Assembly (NCBI GenBank): GCA_964398815.1
Contig: CAYNNZ010000001.1
Coordinates: forward strand, 53,071-117,070
Length of the DNA stretch: 64,000 bases
Reading direction: 5' to 3'
Origin: an uncultured Candidatus Saccharibacteria bacterium
Lineage (GTDB): Bacteria > Patescibacteriota > Minisyncoccia > Phycocordibacterales > Phycocordibacteraceae
The stretch's first letter is position 1. Each line of letters begins with the position of its first letter. The notes under the pieces were generated by a model. That model was not told where the DNA came from and searched no databases. It saw only the letters and a program-made list of their open reading frames with translations. The position numbers and the translations under genes were made by a program. Positions 9,289-18,523 of this stretch are shown here, piece by piece.

Positions 9289-9757
9289 AATCCTGGGCGT
9301 CGATCCAGGATTCGATCGTCTTGGACTTGCGGTGCTTGAAGGAGATGCCAGCCGTCCCACTCATATATGGAGCGAGTGCATTAAGCCGAAGAAAGGGCTT
9401 CCGGAGGTGCGTTTAGCGGCGGTGTACGAGGCCGTAGATAGCGCGATACGCGAGCACCACCCACATGCACTATCTCTAGAAACACTCTATTTCAGTACTA
9501 ATAAGAAAACGGCGATTGCGGTCGCGGAGGCACGAGGTGTAGTACTCGCAGCTGCGGGCGCGCACCATCTTCCGGTCTACGAATACTCTCCCGGACAGGT
9601 GAAGCTTGCGGTGACTGGCTATGGCGCAGCGGACAAGAAAAGCATTGCACTCATGGTCCCCAAACTGCTTTCGCTGCCACCTAAAAAACGCCTCGATGAC
9701 GAGCTCGACGCCATTGCCATCGCTATCGCTGGGTTGTCCACACGGCGCGGGGCGTGA
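9281..9757 (+). CDS. ruvC: Holliday junction resolvase RuvC
   Basis: MNRILGVDPGFDRLGLAVLE matches the RuvC catalytic N-terminus, and the acidic residues are conserved. The ORF-track start at 9254 overlaps yebC, so the ATG at 9281 is preferred. Confidence 0.85.
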   Translation: MNRILGVDPGFDRLGLAVLEGDASRPTHIWSECIKPKKGLPEVRLAAVYEAVDSAIREHHPHALSLETLYFSTNKKTAIAVAEARGVVLAAAGAHHLPVYEYSPGQVKLAVTGYGAADKKSIALMVPKLLSLPPKKRLDDELDAIAIAIAGLSTRRGA

Positions 9758-9814
9758 ACTTGCAAACAAAATACGTTTTGCTCAAATAGAAGGGCATCAA
9801 CATAATTAATTTCT

Positions 9815-9946
9815 ATGTACGACGATTTGGATAACGACACCAAAGAGGTCGAGGACGATTTCGAGGAAGAGGATGATCTCGACGATGACCTAGAAGACGA
9901 AGACCTCGCTGAGGGAGAAACTCCGGAAGAGGACGGTCTTCTTTAG
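9815..9946 (+). CDS. hypothetical small highly acidic protein (43 aa)
   Basis: ATG at 9815, TAG at 9944. Translation MYDDLDNDTKEVEDDFEEEDDLDDDLEDEDLAEGETPEEDGLL. A GC hairpin follows. Coding status is uncertain. Confidence 0.25.
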   Translation: MYDDLDNDTKEVEDDFEEEDDLDDDLEDEDLAEGETPEEDGLL

Positions 9947-9951
9947 AAAAC

Positions 9952-9975
9952 GAGCGGCCCCGGAAGGGGCCGCTC
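9952..9975 (+). terminator. GC-rich hairpin (possible terminator) upstream of the PBP gene
   Basis: GAGCGGCCCC-GGAA-GGGGCCGCTC. No clear U-tract. Confidence 0.35.
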
Positions 9976-9985
9976 TCGTGATAGG

Positions 9986-12193
9986 ATGGTCCACATGCGC
10001 CGCGCTTCCCATACAGGCGACCTCATCTCAGTCATACGCAAGCATTTGCGGGACCCCCACCCCACCCTGCGTCTCGCATACCTCGCGGTAGGCGTCGTGC
10101 TTTTTTCTGCGAGCGTCACCATCCTTTGGATTGCGCTCACCCCTACCCCAGGTCTCGACTCGTTCGACACGCGTAAGGTCACCCAGTCCACGAAGATTTA
10201 CGACCGTACCGGTAAAACCGTTCTCTACGACCTTAACCGCGACATTCGTCGCAACCAGGTTCCGCTTGAGGATATTTCTCCGTACATAAAACAAGCCACA
10301 CTCGCTATTGAGGACTCAAATTTCTACCAGCATGGAGGTATTAGCATTACCGGTATTCTCCGTTCAGTGTGGGTCGATATCACGAGCGCATCTTTCAATC
10401 AGGGTGGCTCGACTATTACGCAGCAGGTGGTGAAAAATAGTCTCCTTACCGGCCAAAAGAGCATTTCACGCAAAGTGCATGAGTGGATTCTCGCCATCAA
10501 GCTCGAGCAGCGATACACCAAGGACCAAATTCTCGGATTTTATCTGAACGACACCCCCTACGGCGGAACACTCTATGGGGTCGAGGCTGCTAGCCGCGCC
10601 TTCTTCGGTAAGTCCGCTCGTGATGTCGACCTTGCCGAGGCCGCATACATTGCTGCACTCCCGCAGGCACCATCGCGTTACTCGCCGTATGGACAGAATC
10701 GCCAATTGCTCGACTCCCGTAAGAATCTCGTTCTCTCCCGCATGAAGGAGCTTGGCTACATCACCAAGGAACAATACGACCAGGCCAAGGCAGAACCAGT
10801 CGCGTTCAATCCGCAACAAAATGGCTCAATTATTGCGCCGCATTTCGTCTTCTATATCGAGCAGTATCTCGAGGATAAATATGGTCCCGATTCAGTGAAT
10901 CAGGGTTTGAATGTAATTACGACGCTTGATACCGACCTCCAACACACTGCAGAAACCATCGTGAATCAATATTCCATAGTGAACCAGCAGAAATTCAATG
11001 CGAGCAACGCGGCCCTGGTAGCAATCGATCCGAAGACGGGGCAGATTCTCTCCATGGTCGGCTCCCGCGATTATTTCGATGATGCAGTCCAAGGTAGCTA
11101 CAACGCATCGCTTGCGTTACGTCAGCCAGGCTCCTCATTCAAACCGTTCGTGTACGCCACTGCGCTGACAAAGGGCTACACGCCGGACACCATTGTGTTT
11201 GATCTTCCAACACAATTTTCGACTGCCTGCAGTGCAAGTGACAACTACAATGACGCGCCCCCTTGTTATGCGCCGTCGAACTATGACGATAAGTTCCGTG
11301 GTCCCATGACGTTCACCACCGCACTTGCACAATCTATTAACGTGCCGGCAGTGAAAGCGATGTATCTCTCAGGAATCCAGAACGTCATTAATCTCGCGAC
11401 TAGCCTTGGTATTACGACGCTCGGCGAAGCGAAACAATATGGTCTTTCGCTCGCACTCGGCGCTGCGGAAGTCCGTCTCCTCGACCTCACGAGCGCCTAC
11501 GGAGTATTCGCAAATGGAGGTATCAGGAACCCGCCCACAGGCATCCTTTCGGTGACCGATAATACCGGCAAACTTCTCGAAGAGTACAAGGAGCAGCCAC
11601 AGCAGGTACTTTCTCCGGATGTGGCCGCCCAGATGGCTTCAATGCTTTCTAATAATGAGGCGCGCTTCCCCGAATACTCGGCAGACAACCCACTGCACTT
11701 CAATGAGTATGATGTGGCAGCAAAAACTGGTACGACCAACGACTACCGCGACGTGTGGACGGTCGGATTCTCACCTGACATTGTCGTAGGTACGTGGGCT
11801 GGAAATAACGACAATAAACCGATGGTAAAGGAAATCGCCGGCTACGTGGTTGCTCCTATGTGGCATGCATTTATGGCTGAGGCTCTCAAAAAATATCCCG
11901 TTTCTTATTTCCCTGCACCGCCAGGCATTCCAGAATCAGCCCCACCAGCGCTCCGCGGCTCTTACGTAGGTGCAGCAGGAGTGCACGACATCCTCTATTG
12001 GGTGGATAAAGATAATCCGCAGGGCCCACCACCGGCCAATCCATGGGCTGATTCTCAATTCTCTCGCTGGGAATACGCGGTTCAATACTGGAACGGAGGA
12101 GGAGCTGCTACACCCGTACCTCCTTCTAGTATTCAAATGCCTGACGGTACGGTTATTATTCCGGAAACACCTCCGAGTACACCGACACTATAA
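9986..12193 (+). CDS. class A penicillin-binding protein (PBP1A-type transglycosylase/transpeptidase)
   Basis: Glycosyltransferase motifs (EDSNFYQHGGIS, GGSTITQQ) and transpeptidase motifs (SSFKPF, SxN, KTGT). N-terminal TM anchor. Confidence 0.9.
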   Translation: MVHMRRASHTGDLISVIRKHLRDPHPTLRLAYLAVGVVLFSASVTILWIALTPTPGLDSFDTRKVTQSTKIYDRTGKTVLYDLNRDIRRNQVPLEDISPYIKQATLAIEDSNFYQHGGISITGILRSVWVDITSASFNQGGSTITQQVVKNSLLTGQKSISRKVHEWILAIKLEQRYTKDQILGFYLNDTPYGGTLYGVEAASRAFFGKSARDVDLAEAAYIAALPQAPSRYSPYGQNRQLLDSRKNLVLSRMKELGYITKEQYDQAKAEPVAFNPQQNGSIIAPHFVFYIEQYLEDKYGPDSVNQGLNVITTLDTDLQHTAETIVNQYSIVNQQKFNASNAALVAIDPKTGQILSMVGSRDYFDDAVQGSYNASLALRQPGSSFKPFVYATALTKGYTPDTIVFDLPTQFSTACSASDNYNDAPPCYAPSNYDDKFRGPMTFTTALAQSINVPAVKAMYLSGIQNVINLATSLGITTLGEAKQYGLSLALGAAEVRLLDLTSAYGVFANGGIRNPPTGILSVTDNTGKLLEEYKEQPQQVLSPDVAAQMASMLSNNEARFPEYSADNPLHFNEYDVAAKTGTTNDYRDVWTVGFSPDIVVGTWAGNNDNKPMVKEIAGYVVAPMWHAFMAEALKKYPVSYFPAPPGIPESAPPALRGSYVGAAGVHDILYWVDKDNPQGPPPANPWADSQFSRWEYAVQYWNGGGAATPVPPSSIQMPDGTVIIPETPPSTPTL

Positions 12194-12210
12194 TTGCGTG
12201 CGGACGTGCG

Positions 12211-12245
12211 AATCAATAAAACCTCCAGTGGAGGTTTTATTGATT
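12211..12245. terminator. bidirectional terminator between the PBP gene and dnaN
   Basis: Inverted repeat AATCAATAAAACCTCCA-GTG-GAGGTTTTATTGATT. It overlaps the dnaN stop codon. Confidence 0.6.
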
Positions 12246-13337
12246 CATTGGCATCACGAGATAGAGAAACGAAGACTCACCCGCACCCTTAATGACCGCT
12301 GCGCGGCCGATACCGCTCGCTGACACCGTAATACTATCCGTATCGATGAGCGACAGAGGAGACGACAGGTAGCGGTGGTTGAATGAGAGTTCGATTTCCT
12401 CACCTGAAATAGCAGAGGCGATCTGTTCACTTGATTCCCCAATATCAGAGTTACGCGCGGAGAGCGTAAGCTGCTTTTGTTTTACTGAAAACCCGAGCCT
12501 GACTTTCTGGAAGGCATCGGAAAACACGGCGACGCGACGCAATGCGGATTCGAAATCCTTTCGCAGGACGGTCGCTTCCGATACGAACGTCTTCGGAATG
12601 ATTTGGGTGTAGTCAGGGTAGGTACTTGCAACGAGACGAGTGACCAAGACTCCCTCCTTCCAAGAAAACGCGCACTGGTGGTCATCAAGGGTAATCTCAA
12701 TGTCTCCTGCCGGGAGCGCTTGAAGTACATCCACTGCATTTTTTGCTGGAATCAGCATCGAAAACGGCGGCACCTTCCCGCTCTGACTCGTACGCTTCTC
12801 GGCTAAACGGAATGAATCCGTTGCGACTGCCTTAATAACACCGCCTTCGGCAGACACGAGCACACTCGCCAACTCCGGACGAACCGTAGAGGTAGACGCG
12901 CAGGTGACCACAGCACCTATCAAATCACGCAGAGCATCCCCTGTAAGCGAAAATTTGGCCTTTGGTGACTCGGGAAGAGGTAGGATTGGGAAATCCTCGT
13001 ACGGAAGAGTCTTAAGGGTGCTCTTGCCTCCATCTGAGGTAATAACAACCGTCTCGCCTGCGTGCTCGAGCGTCATCGTACCCGCTCCACCAAAGGAAGA
13101 AGTGATTTCCCGTAGGACGGTCGCGGGTAATGCAATGACTCCTGGATCCTTTATGGTTCCTTCTACTTTAAGATCTATCCCCGTCTCGAGATTCGTTGCA
13201 CGTAACTTTATACCTGCATCACCAGCGATGATTGCTATTCCTGAAAGGACGGGTAGCGTTGCGCTCTTACGTTCCGCAAATCTTGAAACGATATTCACAG
13301 CCTCGGCGAAGTCTTTCTTTCCTAAAGTGATAATCAT
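12237..13337 (-). CDS. dnaN: DNA polymerase III beta sliding clamp
   Basis: MIITLGKKDFAEAVNIVSRF...TLPVLSGIAII...ATDSFRLAEK is the canonical clamp pattern. The internal ATG at 13337 is preferred over the 14-aa N-terminal extension in the ORF track. Confidence 0.85.
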   Translation of the reverse strand: MIITLGKKDFAEAVNIVSRFAERKSATLPVLSGIAIIAGDAGIKLRATNLETGIDLKVEGTIKDPGVIALPATVLREITSSFGGAGTMTLEHAGETVVITSDGGKSTLKTLPYEDFPILPLPESPKAKFSLTGDALRDLIGAVVTCASTSTVRPELASVLVSAEGGVIKAVATDSFRLAEKRTSQSGKVPPFSMLIPAKNAVDVLQALPAGDIEITLDDHQCAFSWKEGVLVTRLVASTYPDYTQIIPKTFVSEATVLRKDFESALRRVAVFSDAFQKVRLGFSVKQKQLTLSARNSDIGESSEQIASAISGEEIELSFNHRYLSSPLSLIDTDSITVSASGIGRAAVIKGAGESSFLYLVMPMNQ

Positions 13338-13563
13338 ACTTTTATTACTATTAGGGCTGTTGATAGCGGGATAACCCAATTGTACGGCCTAGATGAAGAG
13401 TGTCTGAAGAAGGTGCAATCTCGTAACCTGTTGAAAATGCGCACGAGCTCGTGGGGATAGAGCGTGTGGAAAAAGCGAGGGAGGGGATAACCTCTGAAAT
13501 TTTGCGAGTATTCCCCAGGTTTTCCACGAGCTTCATCATAGGTTGTTCACGGTTTGTCCCCAC
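13338..13563. promoter_or_regulatory. candidate oriC region between dnaA and dnaN with DnaA-box-like motifs
   Basis: GGGATAACC (reverse GGTTATCCC) twice, at about 13367 and 13484. TGTGGAAAA (reverse TTTTCCACA) at about 13465. TTTTCCACG at about 13520. All are TTATCCACA-like, read by eye. Confidence 0.4.
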
Positions 13564-14919
13564 TTATACCAACAAACTGCGGATATCTGATATTTCTTTT
13601 GCGAGTTCGGTATCGCTCACCACCTCTCGCTTCACCTTCTCGCAGGAATGAATAACGGTCGTGTGGTCGCGACCACCCAACTTGCTACCGATAGTTGGGT
13701 ACGAAACACTGAAGTCTTCGCGGAGGATATACATAATGACCTGTCGCGGACGAACCACTTCCCTTCTGCGGGTCTTCTCATAGATACTTTCCTCATCGAT
13801 GCCGTAAAACTCAGCGACTTTAGACACTACGTGCTTCACGGATACTGATTTTGCGGGACGCGAGAAAGAGCGAAGCGACTGGCGCACCTCTGCGAGGTCT
13901 GGTGGAACACCCTTCACCTGGGTGTGGCACACGATGGAATTGATAACGCCTTCAAGTTCACGAATGGAGCCTGATATAGAGGTGGCAACGTGCTCAATAA
14001 CCTCATCAGAAAGCATCACTCCATGCATGGCGGCCTTTTTACGGACAATCTGCATGCGACTTTCCGTATCAGGTTCACCAATATCGACCGTCATACCGCT
14101 CTGGAAGCGCCCACGGAGGCGGTCTGCGATATCCGCAATAGCTGCAGGCGACCGGTCAGAGGAGAAAATAATCTGCTTGTTGTTATCGTAGAGAGAATTA
14201 AACAGATGGAACAACTCCTCCTGCATCTTTTCCTTCTTAGAGAGAAACTGCACATCATCCATGATAAGTAGGTCGTACTGACGATACTTTTCCTTGAAGC
14301 GATTGGCGGTGCCAGCCTGGAGCGAGTCAGTATAATCCGTGCCGAATTTTTCGCTCGTAAGATAAAAAACTTTTCTTGTCGGATACAGTTTCTTGAAATT
14401 GTTTCCAATAGCCTGAATCAAGTGTGTTTTTCCACGCCCTGTATCTCCATAGATAAAGAACGGATTGTAGGTAATGCCTGGGCGCTGAATAGCCGCCTGC
14501 GCAGCGGTGTAGGCAAGCTCATTAAAAGAGCCCACGACGAATGTTTCGAAGGTGTAGCGCGGGTTCAAGTTATCGCTTTTGTTGATATAGAACTCATCGA
14601 GTGGAAGCTCTGCGACCTGCTGTTGCACGGGTGTACGGCGTACTTCCTTGGGTTTACGCCTGTCATCCTTCACGATTACGTATTCAATGTTGCGATATTC
14701 GTAGGAAACCGAGCGCACAATCTTAAGAAGGAGTGTATGGAACTTCTTTATGTACCAATCGCGGAAGAATTGGCTTGGTACTCCTACATAGACAATGCCA
14801 TCTTCAATCTTTGCAATCGAACTATCACGGAACCAGGTGTTGAAGTTGGCTGGAGATATCGACAACTCGACTTGGGTCAGGACATATTCCCAGAGTTCGC
14901 GCGGTTCGAGTCTCTGCAT
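13564..14919 (-). CDS. dnaA: chromosomal replication initiator DnaA
   Basis: AAA+ Walker [11 protein letters not shown], a sensor region and the C-terminal DNA-binding helix-turn-helix ([15 protein letters not shown]...). The start is uncertain: ATG at 14919 ([14 protein letters not shown]), or an upstream TTG at 14958 as in the ORF track. Confidence 0.88.
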   Translation of the reverse strand: MQRLEPRELWEYVLTQVELSISPANFNTWFRDSSIAKIEDGIVYVGVPSQFFRDWYIKKFHTLLLKIVRSVSYEYRNIEYVIVKDDRRKPKEVRRTPVQQQVAELPLDEFYINKSDNLNPRYTFETFVVGSFNELAYTAAQAAIQRPGITYNPFFIYGDTGRGKTHLIQAIGNNFKKLYPTRKVFYLTSEKFGTDYTDSLQAGTANRFKEKYRQYDLLIMDDVQFLSKKEKMQEELFHLFNSLYDNNKQIIFSSDRSPAAIADIADRLRGRFQSGMTVDIGEPDTESRMQIVRKKAAMHGVMLSDEVIEHVATSISGSIRELEGVINSIVCHTQVKGVPPDLAEVRQSLRSFSRPAKSVSVKHVVSKVAEFYGIDEESIYEKTRRREVVRPRQVIMYILREDFSVSYPTIGSKLGGRDHTTVIHSCEKVKREVVSDTELAKEISDIRSLLV

Positions 14920-15095
14920 GTGTGAAGAGTATACCCAGATTTGAGGGAAAGCACACAAGTAAGCGTTTTCTTGCTCGCCAGGTGTCTACCTGTTATTATC
15001 CTGTGGACAACGTTGGTCCGAAGCGGTGTCTGCTTCCTGCCCCCAGGAGCTCCCTAGGGAGGGTGAATTACCCAACCGGACAACTATTACACCAT

Positions 15096-15245
15096 ATGCC
15101 TAAGCGAACCTATCAACCGAAGAAGCGGAAGCGCGCGACCACCCATGGTTTTCGCGCTCGTTCCGCTACCCCAGCGGGAAAAAAGGTCCTCACGCGCCGT
15201 CGCCGCAAGGGTCGTGCCACCCTCTCCGTTTCCTCGGAGAAATAA
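15096..15245 (+). CDS. rpmH: 50S ribosomal protein L34
   Basis: [46 protein letters not shown] is the L34 signature. Confidence 0.85.
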   Translation: MPKRTYQPKKRKRATTHGFRARSATPAGKKVLTRRRRKGRATLSVSSEK

Positions 15246-15249
15246 CGTC

Positions 15250-15567
15250 ATGTTACCCCGCGGCTTGCGTCTCACTCGGGACCAGTTTCCGCGCGTAGCA
15301 CAAGGAAAACGCGCCATCTCGGCGCATTTTTCCGTTTCATTCGCTGCCTCTGAGACTGGGCGCGCGGCCGCCGTAGTGTCAAAAAAGGTAGCAAAACGCT
15401 CAGTAGATCGGCATACTTTGAAGCGCCGCATGCTTGCCGCCAGCCTCCCCTTCCTTGCGGACGGCAGGGCATTTGTCGTGTATGCGCGTGCCGGCAGTCT
15501 CAGCCTGTCCTCTTCCGCGCTTCGCACGGAGCTTAGTTCGCTTCTCAAGCAACTGCCGAAGGTATAA
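15250..15567 (+). CDS. rnpA: ribonuclease P protein component
   Basis: It follows rpmH in the canonical arrangement. The ATG at 15250 (MLPRGLRLTRDQFPRV...) gives a 105-aa basic protein. The longer ORF-track start at 15145 overlaps rpmH out of frame. Confidence 0.7.
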   Translation: MLPRGLRLTRDQFPRVAQGKRAISAHFSVSFAASETGRAAAVVSKKVAKRSVDRHTLKRRMLAASLPFLADGRAFVVYARAGSLSLSSSALRTELSSLLKQLPKV

Positions 15568-15578
15568 GCTACACCGAT

Positions 15579-16313
15579 ATGGGAGATTTTTTCCACACCA
15601 TCCTCTACGTTCCGCTCTATAACCTTCTGGTGTTTCTCGTGGGAGTCATCCCGGGTGGAGACATCGGGGTTGCGGTTATCCTCGCAACCATAATCGTTCG
15701 CCTCCTTTTGTGGCCGCTTTCCATGAGCGCCGCGAAGACGCAGAAGGCAATGAAAACCATGCAGCCCGAAATGAAGGAGGTGCGCGAGAAGTACAAGAAC
15801 AATCAAGAGCTCCAGATGAAGGAAATGATGGCGCTCTACAAAAAATACGATGTCCATCCGTTCGCGAGCCTGTTGCCAGTATTCATACAACTCCCAATAG
15901 TCATCGGTCTCTACTGGGTGTTTCGTACCGAATCGCTCCCTGGTATCGATCAGGCCGTGCTCTATCCGTTTGTCCATTCACCGCTTGCCGCTTCGGCACT
16001 GTTCCTAGGCCTTATTTCGGTGACCAGCCATAGTATTCCGCTCGCCGCAGTCGCCGCGCTCTCCCAGCTGGCGCAGGCGTGGTACGCCATTCCGGTCCCC
16101 CCTGCTTCAACTGAGGCGACGTCTGCGGGAGATGATTTCGCACGGGCTATGGCACTTCAGATGCGTTTCGTACTCCCGGTAGTCATTGCATTCGTCGCAT
16201 ACGCTTCTGGCGCTATCGCGCTCTATTTCATAACGACCAACCTCGTCTCTCTCCTTCAGGAGTTCATTGTTCGCAGAACGGGAAACCCCACCCCTACCCC
16301 GGCCGCTGCTTAG
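15579..16313 (+). CDS. yidC: membrane protein insertase YidC (short form)
   Basis: Conserved YidC core (PLSMSAAKTQKAMKTMQPEMKEV...YKKYDVHPFASLLPVFIQLPIVIGLYWVF). The rpmH-rnpA-yidC arrangement supports the call. Confidence 0.85.
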   Translation: MGDFFHTILYVPLYNLLVFLVGVIPGGDIGVAVILATIIVRLLLWPLSMSAAKTQKAMKTMQPEMKEVREKYKNNQELQMKEMMALYKKYDVHPFASLLPVFIQLPIVIGLYWVFRTESLPGIDQAVLYPFVHSPLAASALFLGLISVTSHSIPLAAVAALSQLAQAWYAIPVPPASTEATSAGDDFARAMALQMRFVLPVVIAFVAYASGAIALYFITTNLVSLLQEFIVRRTGNPTPTPAAA

Positions 16314-17551
16314 AGATCGTACGCATAAAGCGCACCCGTATTCTTGTCTCTAAAGATAAGAACATCAGCAGTTCGATCGAGAGACAGTGCGGTCATATCG
16401 AGATCAGTGTTCGCTGCCTGCTTTGGGTCAATCACGAGCGACGCCACACGATCAGCGAGACCGATGCGCCACAAACGGTCTGAGAAATGAGTGACACCCT
16501 GATACCAATCATCAGGCTGGCTTCCGGTAAGAGTCGTGGGGACGCCGCAGTAAATGGACTGACTGTCGGGAGTCCACGCGCACTTATCAGGGAACGTAGC
16601 AAGCGGCAGGCGCGTTGCTACATGCGTCGTAAGGTCGAGGACTGCCAACGCCACCTTTCCTTGGTCAAGATAACTATAGAGAAGTGAATTCCCTGAGGGG
16701 CTTGGGAGCGTTGTCAGCGATTGGAGTGGTCCGAGCAAGCGAGTAAAGGAGCCAGATTTCGAGTCGACCAGGAAGGCGTATCCATCGCCATGCGCCGAGG
16801 CTTTTGTGGTTGCCACGAAATCAGCTCCAGCAAATGCGAGACGAATGGAAGAAAGCGGAGAGGTGAACAGTGTTCGTACACCGTTACCTGAAGGTGTTGA
16901 AATGGTCGCGGAGGAGCCGTCTCTCGTTGAGAGAAGGGTAACGAGAGTGCTGGTGCCGCGCACGAGCACTTGCTCGAGCCCACTCTCAAGGAAATAGCCA
17001 CCCTCCCCTACTGCTGGGAGCGCGTAGGTGCTTACGCGCTCTCCACCAGTCGTGCGCTCGAGGAAGCGCACAAACGCTTCCGAACCATCAGACAGCCACA
17101 CTGCTTCCTGAATACCCGGCAGTGTTTTATTCGAGAGACGCGTCAGGGTTCGTCCGTGCGCTTGGTATCCGTAGATATTTCCACTCTCGCGTTCGACATA
17201 CTCGATGCGCACATCTGGTTCGTATGCGGCGATAGGAGTGCCAGAAGCGGTCGAGGTGGCTGGGGTGAGGCCGGGCACATAGGTCGCCACACTCCCTACC
17301 GCTACAGGTCGGTCGCTAATGCGCACGAGTCTTGGCGCAATTTCAGTACCCGCTCCCGGAAGCGGTACACCCAATTCCTGAGTACTAATGTTCGTCGGAG
17401 TCTCGGTTACACCGGCAGTGTTCGAGTCAGGGAATGTGGCACCATTTCCCCCAGAAAGTGCGGGCCCCTTATTGAAGAACAGGAAATACGCACCCACTCC
17501 TATCAGAATGAGGAGGACGACTGCAGCGATGATAAGGAGTGTTCGTTTCAT
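16310..17551 (-). CDS. membrane-anchored hypothetical protein, predicted beta-propeller-like (last gene of the T4SS-like operon)
   Basis: N-terminal TM helix (MKRTLLIIAAVVLLILIGVGAYFLFF) and a repetitive beta-rich sequence. No recognisable catalytic motif. Its stop overlaps the yidC stop convergently. Confidence 0.5.
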   Translation of the reverse strand: MKRTLLIIAAVVLLILIGVGAYFLFFNKGPALSGGNGATFPDSNTAGVTETPTNISTQELGVPLPGAGTEIAPRLVRISDRPVAVGSVATYVPGLTPATSTASGTPIAAYEPDVRIEYVERESGNIYGYQAHGRTLTRLSNKTLPGIQEAVWLSDGSEAFVRFLERTTGGERVSTYALPAVGEGGYFLESGLEQVLVRGTSTLVTLLSTRDGSSATISTPSGNGVRTLFTSPLSSIRLAFAGADFVATTKASAHGDGYAFLVDSKSGSFTRLLGPLQSLTTLPSPSGNSLLYSYLDQGKVALAVLDLTTHVATRLPLATFPDKCAWTPDSQSIYCGVPTTLTGSQPDDWYQGVTHFSDRLWRIGLADRVASLVIDPKQAANTDLDMTALSLDRTADVLIFRDKNTGALYAYDL

Positions 17552-17553
17552 AG

Positions 17554-18522
17554 CTAATTACACATTGGCAAGTCTTTCACTGCATTCCATGCGGCTGCCG
17601 GGGTATGAGGATATGAACTATCGCAGGCTCGATTGAGTGCATACCCAGCTCGACTCGAGTTTACATTCATGTCAGCGGTACACGCAGCAAGGGTGGGAAA
17701 GTTGCGAGAAGTACTGTCCAGCCTGCAGTCGGCGCCAGTATCGTAGTTTATGTCCCGAGTACTTACGGTGTAATTGAATGTGCCAGTCCCTGCGTTCTGT
17801 GCAGCGACAGCTTGCTGTGCTGCGTTTGCGGCATTCACCGAATCGACTGCGCAACACGTTGCTCCGGCCGCCATTCCGCTGCAGCATTGAGCAGGAATTT
17901 CAGCATAGGTAGGTCCAAGTCGCTGCGCGCACGTCTGGTTCGTAGCGAGTGTCACCGCTTGTTTCTGTGGGCTTGTTTGGCAGATGCGCGCCGCTGCCGC
18001 TTCCGGTGTGTTGCCGGTGTACGCATCACTCGTGTTTTGTGAGTTCTGAATGACCTGTATTTCCGTCTGTAAATCCCTTGCGTTTATATCGATACGAAGG
18101 ATTGCCGGATTAATGATGCTAAACACGATGTACGGTGCGAGGACCAATATAAGTCCGACGATAGAGAGTGTTATGAGATTTCTCGCATCTTTCTTTTCAG
18201 TGACACTGTCGCCGCCCATGTACATGACACCGGCACGCATAAGCTGAAGCACGGCAAGCACCGCTGCCGCACCGATGCAGAGTTTGTAGAGTGTGGATAG
18301 GAATGTGGCGAGCGACGCCTGCGTCTGCACGTCTTGGAGCCCTGGCAAGGATGGGAGAAGAGGAACAAAATTCTGGGGTGTTTGGGACTGTGCGCTTGCA
18401 GGTGCTGCTCCTGCGGCTGTTGTAGGGGCGGCCGCTGGAGTTGCGGCAGGTTCAGCAAATACAAGCATGGGAGAAAGAGCGAGTACCGCAGTCAGCGCGA
18501 ACATAGCAAGGAAGCGTTTCAT
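17554..18522 (-). CDS. secreted hypothetical protein with two hydrophobic helices and a Cys-rich C-terminal domain (possible pilin/adhesin of the T4SS-like system)
   Basis: Signal peptide MKRFLAMFALTAVLALSPMLVFA. Hydrophobic hairpin (LATFLSTLYKLCIGAAAVLAVLQL...LITLSIVGLILVLAPYIVFSIINPAILRI) reminiscent of VirB2/TrbC topology. About 10 Cys in the last 130 aa. Confidence 0.45.
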   Translation of the reverse strand: MKRFLAMFALTAVLALSPMLVFAEPAATPAAAPTTAAGAAPASAQSQTPQNFVPLLPSLPGLQDVQTQASLATFLSTLYKLCIGAAAVLAVLQLMRAGVMYMGGDSVTEKKDARNLITLSIVGLILVLAPYIVFSIINPAILRIDINARDLQTEIQVIQNSQNTSDAYTGNTPEAAAARICQTSPQKQAVTLATNQTCAQRLGPTYAEIPAQCCSGMAAGATCCAVDSVNAANAAQQAVAAQNAGTGTFNYTVSTRDINYDTGADCRLDSTSRNFPTLAACTADMNVNSSRAGYALNRACDSSYPHTPAAAWNAVKDLPMCN

Positions 18523-18523
18523 A

